From: Pristiophorus japonicus
Lineage: Eukaryota
DNA length: 64,000 nt
Assembly: GCF_044704955.1 (NCBI RefSeq)
Contig: NC_091980.1
Location: 255,068,001 to 255,132,000 of the forward strand
Reading direction: 5' to 3'
Below are positions 1-11,095 of this stretch, piece after piece. Each line of letters begins with the position of its first letter. The stretch's first letter is position 1. Both the position numbers and the translations under genes were made by a program. A model generated the notes under the pieces. That model made no database searches. It was not told the DNA's origin and saw only the letters and a list, made by a program, of their open reading frames with translations.

Positions 1-636
1 GTTTGAAGTTATTTCAGGACAGCTTTAGTTCCAATTTGTAAGAACTCTATAACTCACTCAGTCAGAAGCGATCACAGAAAGGCCTATCTTTAAAATACTA
101 ACCTATTTTAAAATTTAAGTTTAACAGCAGCCAAAGTACTTGTGATGGTCAGTTTTATTTGCTTCCCGAATATTGCAGTTATTTTGCACTGAAAGACTTT
201 TTGGCTAATTTATTTATTTAAATTTAGTAGATAACACCACCCATTATTGTATAAATGTTGCTGTGATAGACATACATGGATAAAAACAATTTTGCAACTG
301 TCACGCGAAGACATCTTTAGACACACAACTCAATCAGGATGAAGTGATTAGACATTTATTTTTTTAAAGATTATAACCGTTTAACCTACAACCTTCTGCC
401 TACAATCTAAAATTTGTTAAATGCATTTTAACACCACCTCATTTTGTAAACACTTCCTTTCACTGCCGCTTAAACTGCCGGCTCTGAGAGTCTCCTGTAC
501 CTAAGCCGGCCCTGTGATAACGCTTTGCTGATCCCACTTATCCACACTCCCATTCCTGTTCCTCCCGCGAACGCCTTAGGCCTAAGTGGGTGAAGTGCTT
601 CCTATTCCTGCCACACAGACTCCCATCACCACTTAC

Positions 637-760
637 AGTGTTCCCAGTCCGACCCTTCGAGCCTCACGCCATCATACGCTCTCCTTCCCCGCCCCAGCTG
701 CCATGTTGCGTCTGACGTGTATCCCCCTTCACTTTCGGAGCCGCCGCAAACCGCGCAGCT
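637..760 (-). other. Putative first (non-coding) exon of a gene divergent from CINP, possibly TECPR2 by synteny
   Basis: CpG-rich segment ending in a consensus minus-strand donor GTAAGT (636-631), with a YY1-like CAACATGGC near 700-708. From memory, human CINP is head-to-head with TECPR2. No coding evidence in the window. Confidence 0.3.
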
Positions 761-779
761 TCTCGACGCCTGTCACTCA

Positions 780-1135
780 TTGTCCGCTCCGCCAATCACA
801 GCTCCGGCTGTCTTCATCCTCGTTGGACCTCTCCACCAATCAGAGCTCCGTCTGTCAACTTCATCGCTGGACTGCTCCACTAATCATAACGCCGCCTTTA
901 TCATTTCTGGACCTCTTCACCAATCATAGCTCCACCAATTTCATCATCACTGGACGCCCCCACCAATCGGCTTCAGGTTCTTACCTTTCTTTTGGCAGCT
1001 CCGCCAATGAGTCGCTATTGAACGCCACCCACAATAGGCTCTGCAACCAATCAAACTCATCTCCAGCTTCACTCAGCCATTCCTCCCCGAAAGTGATGTT
1101 GATGTATTTGTGGGCCGCCCCAGGCAAGGCGACAG
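780..1135. promoter_or_regulatory. CINP promoter with tandem ~43-bp CCAAT-box (NF-Y-type) units and a GC box
   Basis: CCAAT at 792, 836, 920, 935, 963, 1004, 1047 and CTAAT at 880; GGCCGCCCC at 1112-1120; CpG-rich, just upstream of the CINP ATG. Confidence 0.7.
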
Positions 1136-1213
1136 AGTGACCGGTTATTGTGGGCTGTAGTACTTGCAATGTGATTTCACCTTTAGGTTTGAAGCAACGC
1201 AGATGTGGTGAAA

Positions 1214-1220
1214 ATGGAAG
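1214..1220 (+). CDS. CINP: CINP coding exon 1 (ATG GAA G)
   Basis: AAAATGG Kozak context then a GTATGG donor; phase 1 joins exon 2 to give MEDTCTSSG..., matching the ME- start of vertebrate CINP. Confidence 0.8.
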
Positions 1221-1316
1221 GTATGGCTTAAGTATTTTGCTTTGGAACTTGCTAAACAGCTTTCGTACGACTTTTTAGGGTCCATTTTAAAGATTTACGA
1301 TACATCACGTCTCTCA

Positions 1317-4300
1317 CATCTAAGAACATAAGAAATAGGAGCAGGAGTAGGCCATGTAACCCCTTGAGTCTGCTCCACCATTCAATAAGATCATGGCTGA
1401 TCTGATCATGGACTCTGCTCCACTTCCCTACCCGCTCCCCATAACCCTTTACTTGCTTATCGCTCGAAAATCTGTCTATCTCCACCTTAAATATATTCAA
1501 TGACCCAGCCTCCACGGCTTTCTGGGGAAGAGAATTCCACAATTTACAGCCCTCAGAAGAAATTTCTCCTCATCTCCGTTTTAAATGGGTGACCCCTTAT
1601 TCTGAGACTATGTCCCCTAGTTTTAGTTTCCCCTATGACTGGAAGTATCCTCTCTGCATCCGCCTTGTTGAGCCTCCTCATTATCTTATGTTTTGATAAG
1701 ATCACCTCTCATTCTTCTGAATTCCAGTGTGCATAGGCTCAACCTATCTTCCTAAGTCAAACCTTTCATCTCTGGAATCAATCTAATGAACCTTCTCTGA
1801 ACAGCCTCCAATGCAAGCATATCCTTCCTTAAATACGGAGACCAAAACTGTACGCAGTACTCCAGGTGTGGCCTTACCAATACCCTGTAAAGTTGTAGCA
1901 GGACTTCTCTGCTTTTATATTCTATCCCTCTTGTAATAAAGGCCAACATTCCATTTGCTTTCCTGATTACTTGCTGTACCTGCACACTAACTTTTTGTGT
2001 TTCATGCACAATGACCCCTAGGTCCCTCTGTACTGCAGCACTTTATAATTTAAATGGAGAAAAATTGCAAATTGCTTTTCTATTATTTCTGCCCAAGTGG
2101 ATAACCTCACATTTTCCCACATTATACTCCATCTGCCAAATTTTTGCCCCGCTCACTTAGCCTATCTATATCCCTTTGCAGATTGTGTGTGTCCTCCTCA
2201 CAATTTGCTTTCCCACACATCTTTGCATCATCAGAAAACTTGACTACATTACACTCTGTCCCTTCATTCAAGTCATTAATATAGATTGGAAATAGTTGAG
2301 GACCCAACACCGATCCCTGCGACACCCCACTAGTCACTGTTTGCCAATCGGAAAATGACTCATTTATCCTGACACTCTGTTTTCTGTTAATTAGCCAATC
2401 CCTATCCATGCTAATATTACCCCCAACCCAGTGAGCTTTTATCTTGTGCAGTAACCTCTTATGCGACCTCTTATCGAATGCCTTCTGGAAACCCAAATAC
2501 ACCACATCCACTGGTTCCCCCTTATCCATCTGCTCGTTACATCCTCAAAAAACTCCAGCAAATTTGTCAAACATGATTTCCCTTTCATAAAACCATGCTA
2601 ACTCTGCTTGATTGAATTATGCTTTTCCAAATGTCCTGCTACTGCTTTCTTAATAATAGACTCCAGCATTTGCCCAACAACAGAAGTTAGGCTAACTGGT
2701 CTATAGTTTCCTGCTTTTTGTCTGCCTCCTTTTTTAAATAGGGGTGTTACATTTGCAGTTTTCCAATCTGCTGGGACTGCCTCAGAATCCAGGGAATTTT
2801 GGTAAATTACAACCAATGCATCCACTATCTCTGCTGCCACTTCCTTTAAGACCCTAGGATGTAAGCTATCAAGTCCAGGGGACTTATCCACCTTTAGTCC
2901 TATTATTTTACCAAGTACTACTTCATTAGTGATAGTGATTGTATTAAGTTCCTCCCTCCCTATAGCCCCTTGATTATCCACTATTGGGATGTTTTTGGTG
3001 CTTTCTACCGTGAAGATCGATTATAAAATATTTGTTCACCATTTTCATTCTCCATTATTAATTCCCCAGTCTCATCCTCTAGGGGATGAACATTTACTTT
3101 AGCCACTCTTTTTTTCCTTTTTTATGTAGAAACTCTTACTATCTGTTTTTATATTTCGTGTTAGTTTACTTTCATAATCAATCTTCCCTCTATCATTTTT
3201 TTAGTCATTTTTTGCTGGCTTTTAAAAATTTCCCAATCCTCTGGCATCCCACTAGTCTTGGCCACATTGTATGCCCTTGTTCTCAATTTGATACCGTTCC
3301 TTATTTCCTTAGTTAGCCACGGATGGTTATCCTTTCTCTTAGTCTTTCCTTCTCATTGGGATATATTTTTGTTGCGAGTTATGAAATATCTCATTAAATG
3401 TCTGCCACTGCTCATCAACCGTCCCATACTTTTGTCTACTTTACCAGTCCACTTTAGCCAACTCTGCCTTCATACCTTTGTAGTCTCTTTTTTATTTTAG
3501 CTTAGGACCCTGGTTTGAGAACCAACTTTCTTGCCCTCCAACTGAATTTGAAATTCAACCATGTTATGGTCATTCATTCCGAGAGGATCTTTTACTACGA
3601 GATCATTTATTAATCCTGCCTCATTACACATTACTAGATCTAAGATAGCCTACTCCCTGGTTGGTTCTGCAACGTACTGTTAAAGGAAACTATCCCGGAT
3701 ACACTCTTATGAACTCTTCCTCAGGGCTTCCCTGGCCAATTTGCTTTGCCCAATCAATATGAAGGTTAAAATCACCCATGATTATTGCCGTTCCTTTATT
3801 ACAAGCCTCCATTATTTCTTGATTTATATTCCGTCCAACAGTCTAGCTACTGTTAGGGGACCTATAAACTATGCCCACCAGCGACTTTTTCCCTTTATTG
3901 TTCCTTATCTCCACCCAAACTGATTCAACATCCTGATCTTCTGAGCCAATATCATTTCTCACTAACGCACTGATCTTATCCTTTTATTAACAGTGCTACC
4001 TCACCTCCTTTTCCTTTCTGTCTGTCTTCCGAATTGTTAAATACCCCAGAATATTTAGTTCCCAGTCCTGGTCACCTTGCAACCACGTCTTTGTAATGGC
4101 TATCAGATCATACCCATTTGTATCTATTTGCGCCGTCAACTCATCTATTTTGTTACGAATGCTACGTGCATTTAAACAGAGCTTTTAAATTAGTGTTTTT
4201 ACCATTTTTTTCCCTGCTTGTTTCCTCTGTTTTTCAAATTCACTTTCTACATTTTTGCTTTCCAATTCCAGCTTTACTCCCCTCTCCCTGACAATCTAGT

Positions 4301-5497
4301 TTAAACCCTTCCCAACAGCACTAGCAAACCCACCCCCCCGAAGATATTGGTCCCAGCTCTGTTGAGGTGCAACCTGTCCGGCTTGTACAGGTCCCACCTC
4401 CCCCAGAAGCGGTCCCAATGCCTCAGGGATCTAAAGCCCTCCCTCCTGCACCATCTCTCCAGCCATGCATTCATCTGCTCGATCCTCCTATTTTTGTACT
4501 CACTAGCTCGTGGCATTGGGAGTAATCTGTAGATTACTACCTTTTGAGGGCCTACTTTTTAATCTCTCTCCTAGCTCCCTAAACTCTGCTTGCAGGACCT
4601 CATCCCTCTTTCTACCTATGTCATTGGTCCCAGTATGGACCACAATCTCTGGCTGTTCACCCTCTCCCCCCAGAATGCCCTGCAGCCACTCGGTGACATC
4701 GTTGACCCTGGCACCAGGGAGGCAACATACCACCCTGCTCCCCTGACTATAGAATCCCCTACCACTATAGCTCTTCTATTCTTCTTCCCTGCCCCGTGCA
4801 GCTGAGCCACCTGTGGTGCTGTGGTCTTGCCTCTGGCTGCACTCTCCAAAAGGCACCGTCGCCCCACCGGTACTCAGAGGAATACCAGTTGGAGAGTGAG
4901 TTGGACTCTGGGGACTCCTGCAGTACCTGCCTAGTCCTCCTCTTCTGTCTGGGGGTCACCCACTCCCTCTCTGCCTGCACACTCTTAAGATGTGGGGTGA
5001 CCATCTCTAGAAACGTGCTATCCATGTAGCTCTCAGTCTCGCGGATGCACCGTAGTGACTCCAGCTACCGCTCAAGCTCCAAAACGCAGAGCTCGAGTTG
5101 GTGCAGCTGGAGCCATCTCCTGCACACGTGGTCATCCAGGCTGTGCGAAGTGTCCAGGACTTCCCACATGCCACAGGATGTGCAATCCACAGGACTGAGC
5201 TGCCGTGCCGTCCCTCTAGTCAGACTTGAAACTATCAAGCAAAAATAAACTCTAAACCTCAGCAAAACACACCCAGCAACTACTCAGCAATCAGTTGATT
5301 TAACTAACATTTATTTAAAGACTAAATACTAACTTAACAGAGGGAAAAAAAACACTCACCAATCAGCTACTTCTCTTGTGCCGACGTCACTTTTGAACTT
5401 TGGCATCCCTTTCGAATGTTGCCAGTTGAGCCTTCCTTTTAAGCGCTCCACCTTGCCTCTGCTCCTGCCGCTGCTCCCACACAGGTCCGCTGCCTCA
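1317..5497 (-). mobile_element. Near full-length decayed CR1 LINE (ORF1 Zn-finger + SGNH esterase; ORF2 APE-RT)
   Basis: ORF fragments CTSCGMWE..VCRRWLQL, IVVGDSIVRG, KSPGLD, DKGEPVDVVYL-FQKAFD, GVSQGSVLGP, KFSDD, VRPHLEYCVQFWSP; 3' tail TTCTTATGTTCTTA; many frameshifts. Confidence 0.93.
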
Positions 5498-5668
5498 AGA
5501 TGCTTAGCATTTAGTGGCCTATTTTGAAATGCAGTGAGTAATTACGTGTTTTATTTTGGAGGATACCAAAAAAAATTCAATGCTATTTGGTTAACCTCAA
5601 TTTTTTTTGAGTAAAAAATCATATCTGAGGCAATGTGTCTTCATTGGAGATAAGAACACAAGAAATAG

Positions 5669-5796
5669 TAATGCAAAATACTGCGGATGCTGGAATCTGG
5701 AATAAAAACTGAAAATGCTAGAAATCTCAGCAGGTCAGGCAGCATCGGTGGAGAGAAAGCAGAATTAACGTTTCAGGTCGATGACCCTTCGTCAGA
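5669..5796 (-). mobile_element. Penelope-like terminal repeat fragment containing a minimal hammerhead core
   Basis: Same sequence as the terminus of the Penelope element at 56511; minus strand reads CTGACGA-AGGGTCATCGACCT-GAAAC-GTT. Confidence 0.75.
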
Positions 5797-6270
5797 CCCC
5801 TGGTTGTAGACTCCCGAGCCAGAGGGAACGTCCTCCCTGCATTTACCCTATCAAGCCCTGTAAACCTTTTGTATGTTTCAATGAGATCACCTCTCATTCT
5901 TCTAAACTCTAGAAAATATTGGCCTAGTCTAGTCAATCTGTCCTCATAGAACAATTCCCTTCCCCCCCCACATCCCAGGAATCAATCTGGTGAACCTTCA
6001 TGGCACTCCCTCTATGTCAGTATATCCTTCCTGAGGTAAGGAGACCAATACTCCAGGTGAGGTCTCGCCTATATAATTGCAGTAAGACATCTTTACTCTT
6101 ATACTCAAATCCTCTTGTAATAAATGCCAACATACCATTTTGTTTTCTTAATTGCTTGCTGTACGTTAATTTTGTGATTCGTATACAAGGACACCCAGGA
6201 CCCTCTGAACACCAACATTTCCCATCTTTCACCATTTTAAAAATACTCTGCATTTCTGTTTTTCCTACCT
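5797..6270 (-). mobile_element. CR1 3' RT fragment
   Basis: NGMLAFITRGFEYKSKDVLLQLY and YEDRLTRLG..LEFRRMRGDLIETYK. Confidence 0.85.
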
Positions 6271-6309
6271 AATATGAGAGGCGAGAGGGGTGGAACAAGG
6301 CGAGTTGCT

Positions 6310-7625
6310 CAAAGGAGGAGAAAGTGTCTGTCAGAGGAATAGGGGGACAGACCAAGGTGTGATTTGGTGATGAGAGCCACACCGCCACCATGGCGGTCTG
6401 AGCGGAGCAAGTGGTGGAAGATATAGCCAAGTGGGGAGGCTTCATTTAGGGCAAAGGTGTCAATTTTCTGTCGAGACCATAATGTCGATACAATCATCCT
6501 CAATAAACTCATGGATGGCAAGGGCCTTGTTCACAAGTGAACGGACATTCTGGAGGGAGATGCGGAGAGGGGTGGTGATAGCTGATCCACTAGCAGAGTC
6601 CACAAGGTCAGCACTGGGAGGGGTGAGTTGGATGGGATGGAGATTGGCAAGATTAGTCCCCAGCGGGTACGCTAGGTGGGAAGATCAGTGAGAGAATAGG
6701 ATAGGGCAGTTAGGGTTGCTGCTCGTAAGGAGGTAGTGACGATTGCCTCGATTGGGCCCTTCGGAGGATGCCAAGAAAGACACCGAGGGAAGCTGTAGGC
6801 TTGCTTAAGAGGGCGTCAAGCCTGGTCGACAGCAGGAGAGTAGGATGGTCAAGGAGCACTAAAGGGTTAGGGTAGCTATTTGGGAGGGCAGAAATGAAAG
6901 GAGGCATGACAGGTTCTAGGAGGGGTAGAGAGAAAAGAAGAAAGAAAGTGCAAATAGAAGTGATGGGTTCGGAGTGGCAGCCAAAGTGCGCAAGTGAATG
7001 GACACTAAATTCAACTTGCATAGACCTAATTAGGTAGCAATTATTAGGATACATATATCCTGGTAGTAACAGGGAATAGAAAGGAGACAATAGGAGGGAG
7101 TCCAGAGTTAAAGTCAGAGATTCTGTGGTGGGATAAAGTTGACATAGGTAGGGTAGTCAGCCTGGAGCATCGACGAACAAGTTGAGACTGGTGTAGCGGG
7201 CGAATGAAACCGAACAGCTGTTTGAAGGGTAGAGTATCAGAGGATGGAGGTGTTTCCGTGGGAATGAAGATCCAGGAGATGTGCAAAATCGGTTGCGGGG
7301 CAGAAAGATGACAGCGAAGTTGCAGGTCACCATAAGATCCAGAAGCGGCGGAGAAATGCACTTCGGCCCAGGAGAGTGAAATCTGAGCCTGGAACCAGAC
7401 TAGCTGAAGCTGAAAACAGTAGGCCAGTCACAGGCTCAGCAGCAGTGGGAGAAGGGCTGCAAGCTGATTTAAAATTTAAGCAGCAGATCAGTGACACAGC
7501 TGATGAGTCTTGCTGTGTAGTCCAGTGCAGAAGCGAAGTCTTGATGTCCAGAGAAGTCCAGGAATTTGGAAGGCAAGTTTGATAAGACATCCAGGATCTC
7601 AATGAGAAAAGCAGAGAGCAAGCAT
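6310..7625 (-). mobile_element. 5' part of an L2/CR1-group LINE (ORF1 remnant plus AP endonuclease start)
   Basis: APE-like ...LNEASPLGYIFHHLLRSDRHGGGVALI; family assignment is inferred. Confidence 0.65.
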
Positions 7626-7754
7626 AGTATGTGGCTTAATCTAGCAGTTAATTTGTAATTAGGGCTAAAACGCACCCACTATTAGAGCCAGGGGAACGTA
7701 AACAGTGGAAGAGATTGGGAGAGAAAGGGCTGTGGATGGTTACGGAGCGAGATG

Positions 7755-8200
7755 CATATGACTTTGTTGCCTCTAGACTTGACTATTCCAGTGGTTTCCT
7801 GTCTGGCCTCCCATCTTCCAAACTCCATAAACATGAGTTCATCCAAAACTCTGCTGCCCATATCCCAAGTCCTGTTCACCCATCACCCCTGTGCTTGCTA
7901 CATAAGGTCCAGCAAAGCCTCAATTTAAAAATTCTTATCCTCGTCTTCAAATCCCTCCATGGCCTCTCTTATCATCTCTGTAACCTCCTCCAGCCCTACA
8001 ACCCTTCGAGATCTCTGCACTCCTCCAATTCTGGCCTCTAGTGCATCCCCAAATTTAATCACTCTACCATTGTCGGCTATGCTTTCAGCTGCCCTGTCCT
8101 AATATCTCCATATGTGGCTCAATGCCAAATTTTGTTTGATAACGCTCTTGTGCAGCACTTGGGACGTTAAAGGTGCTATGTAAATGCAAGTTGTTGTTGT
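7755..8200 (+). mobile_element. L2-like LINE 3' fragment
   Basis: FVASRLDYSS..LSGLP..IQNSAA..LKILILVFKSLHGL; tail AAAGGTGCTATGTAAATGCAAG(TTG)n. Confidence 0.85.
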
Positions 8201-8330
8201 ATCTGAATATATCTCTGCAAAGTTAAGCATTGGGTTATTAATGGTAGCTCAATTAAGATGTGCTGATTTCATAATATTTGGCTTGTCACAGAATTTAAAA
8301 ATCCGGTGTATTTGACTTTCTTTTTAATAG

Positions 8331-8502
8331 ATACATGTACTAGTTCAGGCTTAACTCCAAGAAAAACAGACTCTACCAACAGTGCCAGAAAAATAAAGGA
8401 CAATGCTGCAGACTGGCATAACTTCATGCTGAAATGGGAAACGTTGAATGACACAGGATTCTCAATAGCAAATAAAATTGTTAACATTAAACTCAGCAAC
8501 CA
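8331..8502 (+). CDS. CINP: CINP coding exon 2
   Basis: TPRK..SARKIKDNAADWHNFMLKWETLNDTGF, the diagnostic CINP N-terminus; AG at 8329-8330, GTAAGC at 8503. Confidence 0.95.
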
Positions 8503-9116
8503 GTAAGCATTGTCTTTGCAAAGTTTTAAATCTCGAATGTTAGATATCAAATGTATAAGATTTTAAAGTGCGCGTCCTCAATGGCGGATTAATTCAAAAT
8601 GAATTCCTTGCCTCGTGCCTCTTCTACTTTAAAGGCATCATTATTATTGCATTGCAAGAGTCTTTGGAAAACAACAAATATGACTTAACTAAAATTGTGA
8701 AAAGTAATTAAATTATTATTAATCTAAATGTTGGTAGCTAATAAGACTTGATTGTTTCCTCAATCAAATTTTATGTCCTGGAATAAATTTATTTGCCAAA
8801 GGCAATTTTAATTTAAAAGGAAACAACTATAAGCAAACAATTCTATGTTATTTGATCATTCTCTTTTGAGCAGGGCAGTGGTTGTTTTTTGTTGGTATTT
8901 ATAATATGATGTTTAAAAAGCCTGAATCAATAATATATTTTTGGGTAGCTCGGCACTAATGACCACATGCACTTTATACCTCTTATTTAAAAATTGAATC
9001 TGGGCAGATTTATTCCTTGTACATTTGTAGTGTTATTTAGTATTAAACAGAACATTTTGTCCACTATCTAAACTATTCATGATATTGATGCTCTACTTGT
9101 GTATTAATTTCTTTAG

Positions 9117-9237
9117 GAGAGAAAGTGAAGCATTTGAAGTAGAGGACACTAGCGTGAATTGTGGGAAGGCCAGCTTTCAGTATAACAAAGAACTGGAGGA
9201 ATGTTGCACTGAATTGCTCAATGTCCTTGACAAAATG
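9117..9237 (+). CDS. CINP: CINP coding exon 3
   Basis: tttag acceptor; RESEAFEVEDTSVNCGKASFQYNKELEECCTELLNVLDKM; GTATGA donor; phases consistent. Confidence 0.9.
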
Positions 9238-10399
9238 GTATGAATTTGAATGAATGAATGGAAAAACTTAGTTTATCTTTACCAAAGTAGGACTGTCAAA
9301 GTATGGTTGCAATTTGCCCAGTTGCTGTACTGGCGGAGCCCTGGCCTTTCAATAGAATTGTAATTTAAATTAGTTTATCCACATGGCTACCAGAAAGAGT
9401 AGCATAGAGTGGAGTATGGACCAATCCGTAGCCGAAACTGCTTAGAGCAAGAAACAAGTTTTATATATTTAAAAAAATTAAGCTGAGGATGATTCGGACA
9501 TCAGATTAGTGAATCGAGCCAATAGCCATAATTCCTTACTCTCCTTGTGTAGCTAACCTTGGTTTCACATCAGAAAATAATAAGTTGAGGTCAAGAACAT
9601 TTTCTTCAGAGCAAAGGAAGGAAGAGGGGGGGGGAAATGGAAGGAAATTATCCTAGGTTCTTCTTGCGTCAGTTTGGAAGGGTTGCGTGATTGGGAGGAG
9701 GGGGTGGGGGAGAGAAGAGAACATGGGCTAACAAGGGTCTGCTTGGAGTTGAGGTGTCTCCAAGATTCCAAATCAACCCTCTGTGGTAGACCTAGTAATT
9801 TGATACCTGAATCAGGCAGGTTCGCAGTACTACTGATTGACCAACTGGCTCACTAATGGAACCTGGAGGAATGGACCTTTCATGGGCTGGGATTCTTCCC
9901 ACTAACTTCCAGATAATCCTGCAAGCATATTTGCTAATGGGTAGGGTGAACCTGGCTGGACAAGCAGTGGGATACTTGCTAGTGCTGATGGGCTGTATTT
10001 ATTTTGCTGCCTTTAAGTCTTCTCCCTGCCGATCTGTACCCAAGCTGTCTACACTTCATAAGTGAGATGTGTTCCCTCCCATATTGAATGGACTTCAAAG
10101 ATGCCACTAAATAGCAACCAGCATCTCTTTTTTTAAGGGAATGTACATTATGGCTGCAGACAGCAGGGAACAAATTGAGAAATGGCTAAGTGTGTATCGG
10201 GTCCTCAAGTTCTCTTATGCTATTTTGGAGGCCTTTTTGTGGGTGGGGGAGATCCTGTCTCTCCCTCCAGACAACACCTCTATCGCTAGTGGGAAGAGGT
10301 GGTTGAGGAGGTCAATGCAAGGAGCTTAGCTCCCAGGACATGGCTGAAGAGTTGTCAAGGTAGGAATCCTATACCTCATCTCAATTACTCTCTGCTTGT

Positions 10400-11095
10400 A
10401 CATCATCATCATCATAAGCAGTCCCTCGAAATCGAGGAATACTTGCATCCATTTTAAGTGAGTTCTCGGGTAGCTGTACAGTTCAATGCAGGAATTAGTT
10501 TCTGTCACGGGGGGGGGCAGACAGTGGTTGAAGGAAAGGGTGGGTGGGGAGCCTGGTTTGCCGCACGCTCCTTCCGCTGTCTGCGCTTGGTTTCTGTATA
10601 TTCTCGGCGACGAGACTCTAGGTGCTCAGCACCCTCCCAGATGCTCTTCCTCCACTTTGGGCAGTCTTGGGCCAGTGATTCCCAGGCGTCAGTGGGGATG
10701 TTATACTTTATCAAGGAGGCTTTGAGGGTGTCCTTGAAGCGTTTCCTCTGCCCACCTAGGGCTCGCTTGCCATGTAGGAATTCCAAGTAGAACACTTGCT
10801 TAGGGAGTCTCGTGTCGGGTATGCAGACGATGTAGCCTGCCCAACGGAGCTGGTCAAGTGTGGTCAGCGCTTCGATGGGATGTTGGCGCATCTATCCTCC
10901 CAGTGGATTTGCAGGATCTTGCGGAGGCAGCACTAGTGGTACTTCTCCAGCGCTTTGAGGTATCTGCTGTATATAGTGCACATCTTTGAGCCATATAGGA
11001 GGGCAGGTATCACTACTGCCCTGTAGACCAGGAGCTTGGTGCCAGATTTGAGGTCCTAGTCTTCAAACACTCTCCCTTAGGTGACTGAAGGCTTG
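10400..11095 (-). mobile_element. RTE-clade LINE 3' fragment
   Basis: QLRWAGYIV..PDTRLPKQVFY..GKRALGGQRKRFKDTLKASL..WESLAQD..WR; (ATG)n tail at 10401-10415. Confidence 0.88.

Noticed and set aside
780-1055. Regularly spaced repeats resembling a CRISPR array
   Set aside because: Repeats are short and degenerate, spacers are mutually related, the context is vertebrate and there are no cas genes
586-1140. 184-aa ORF over the CINP promoter
   Set aside because: Non-ATG start and low-complexity S/T/P product arising from the tandem CCAAT units; no recognisable domain
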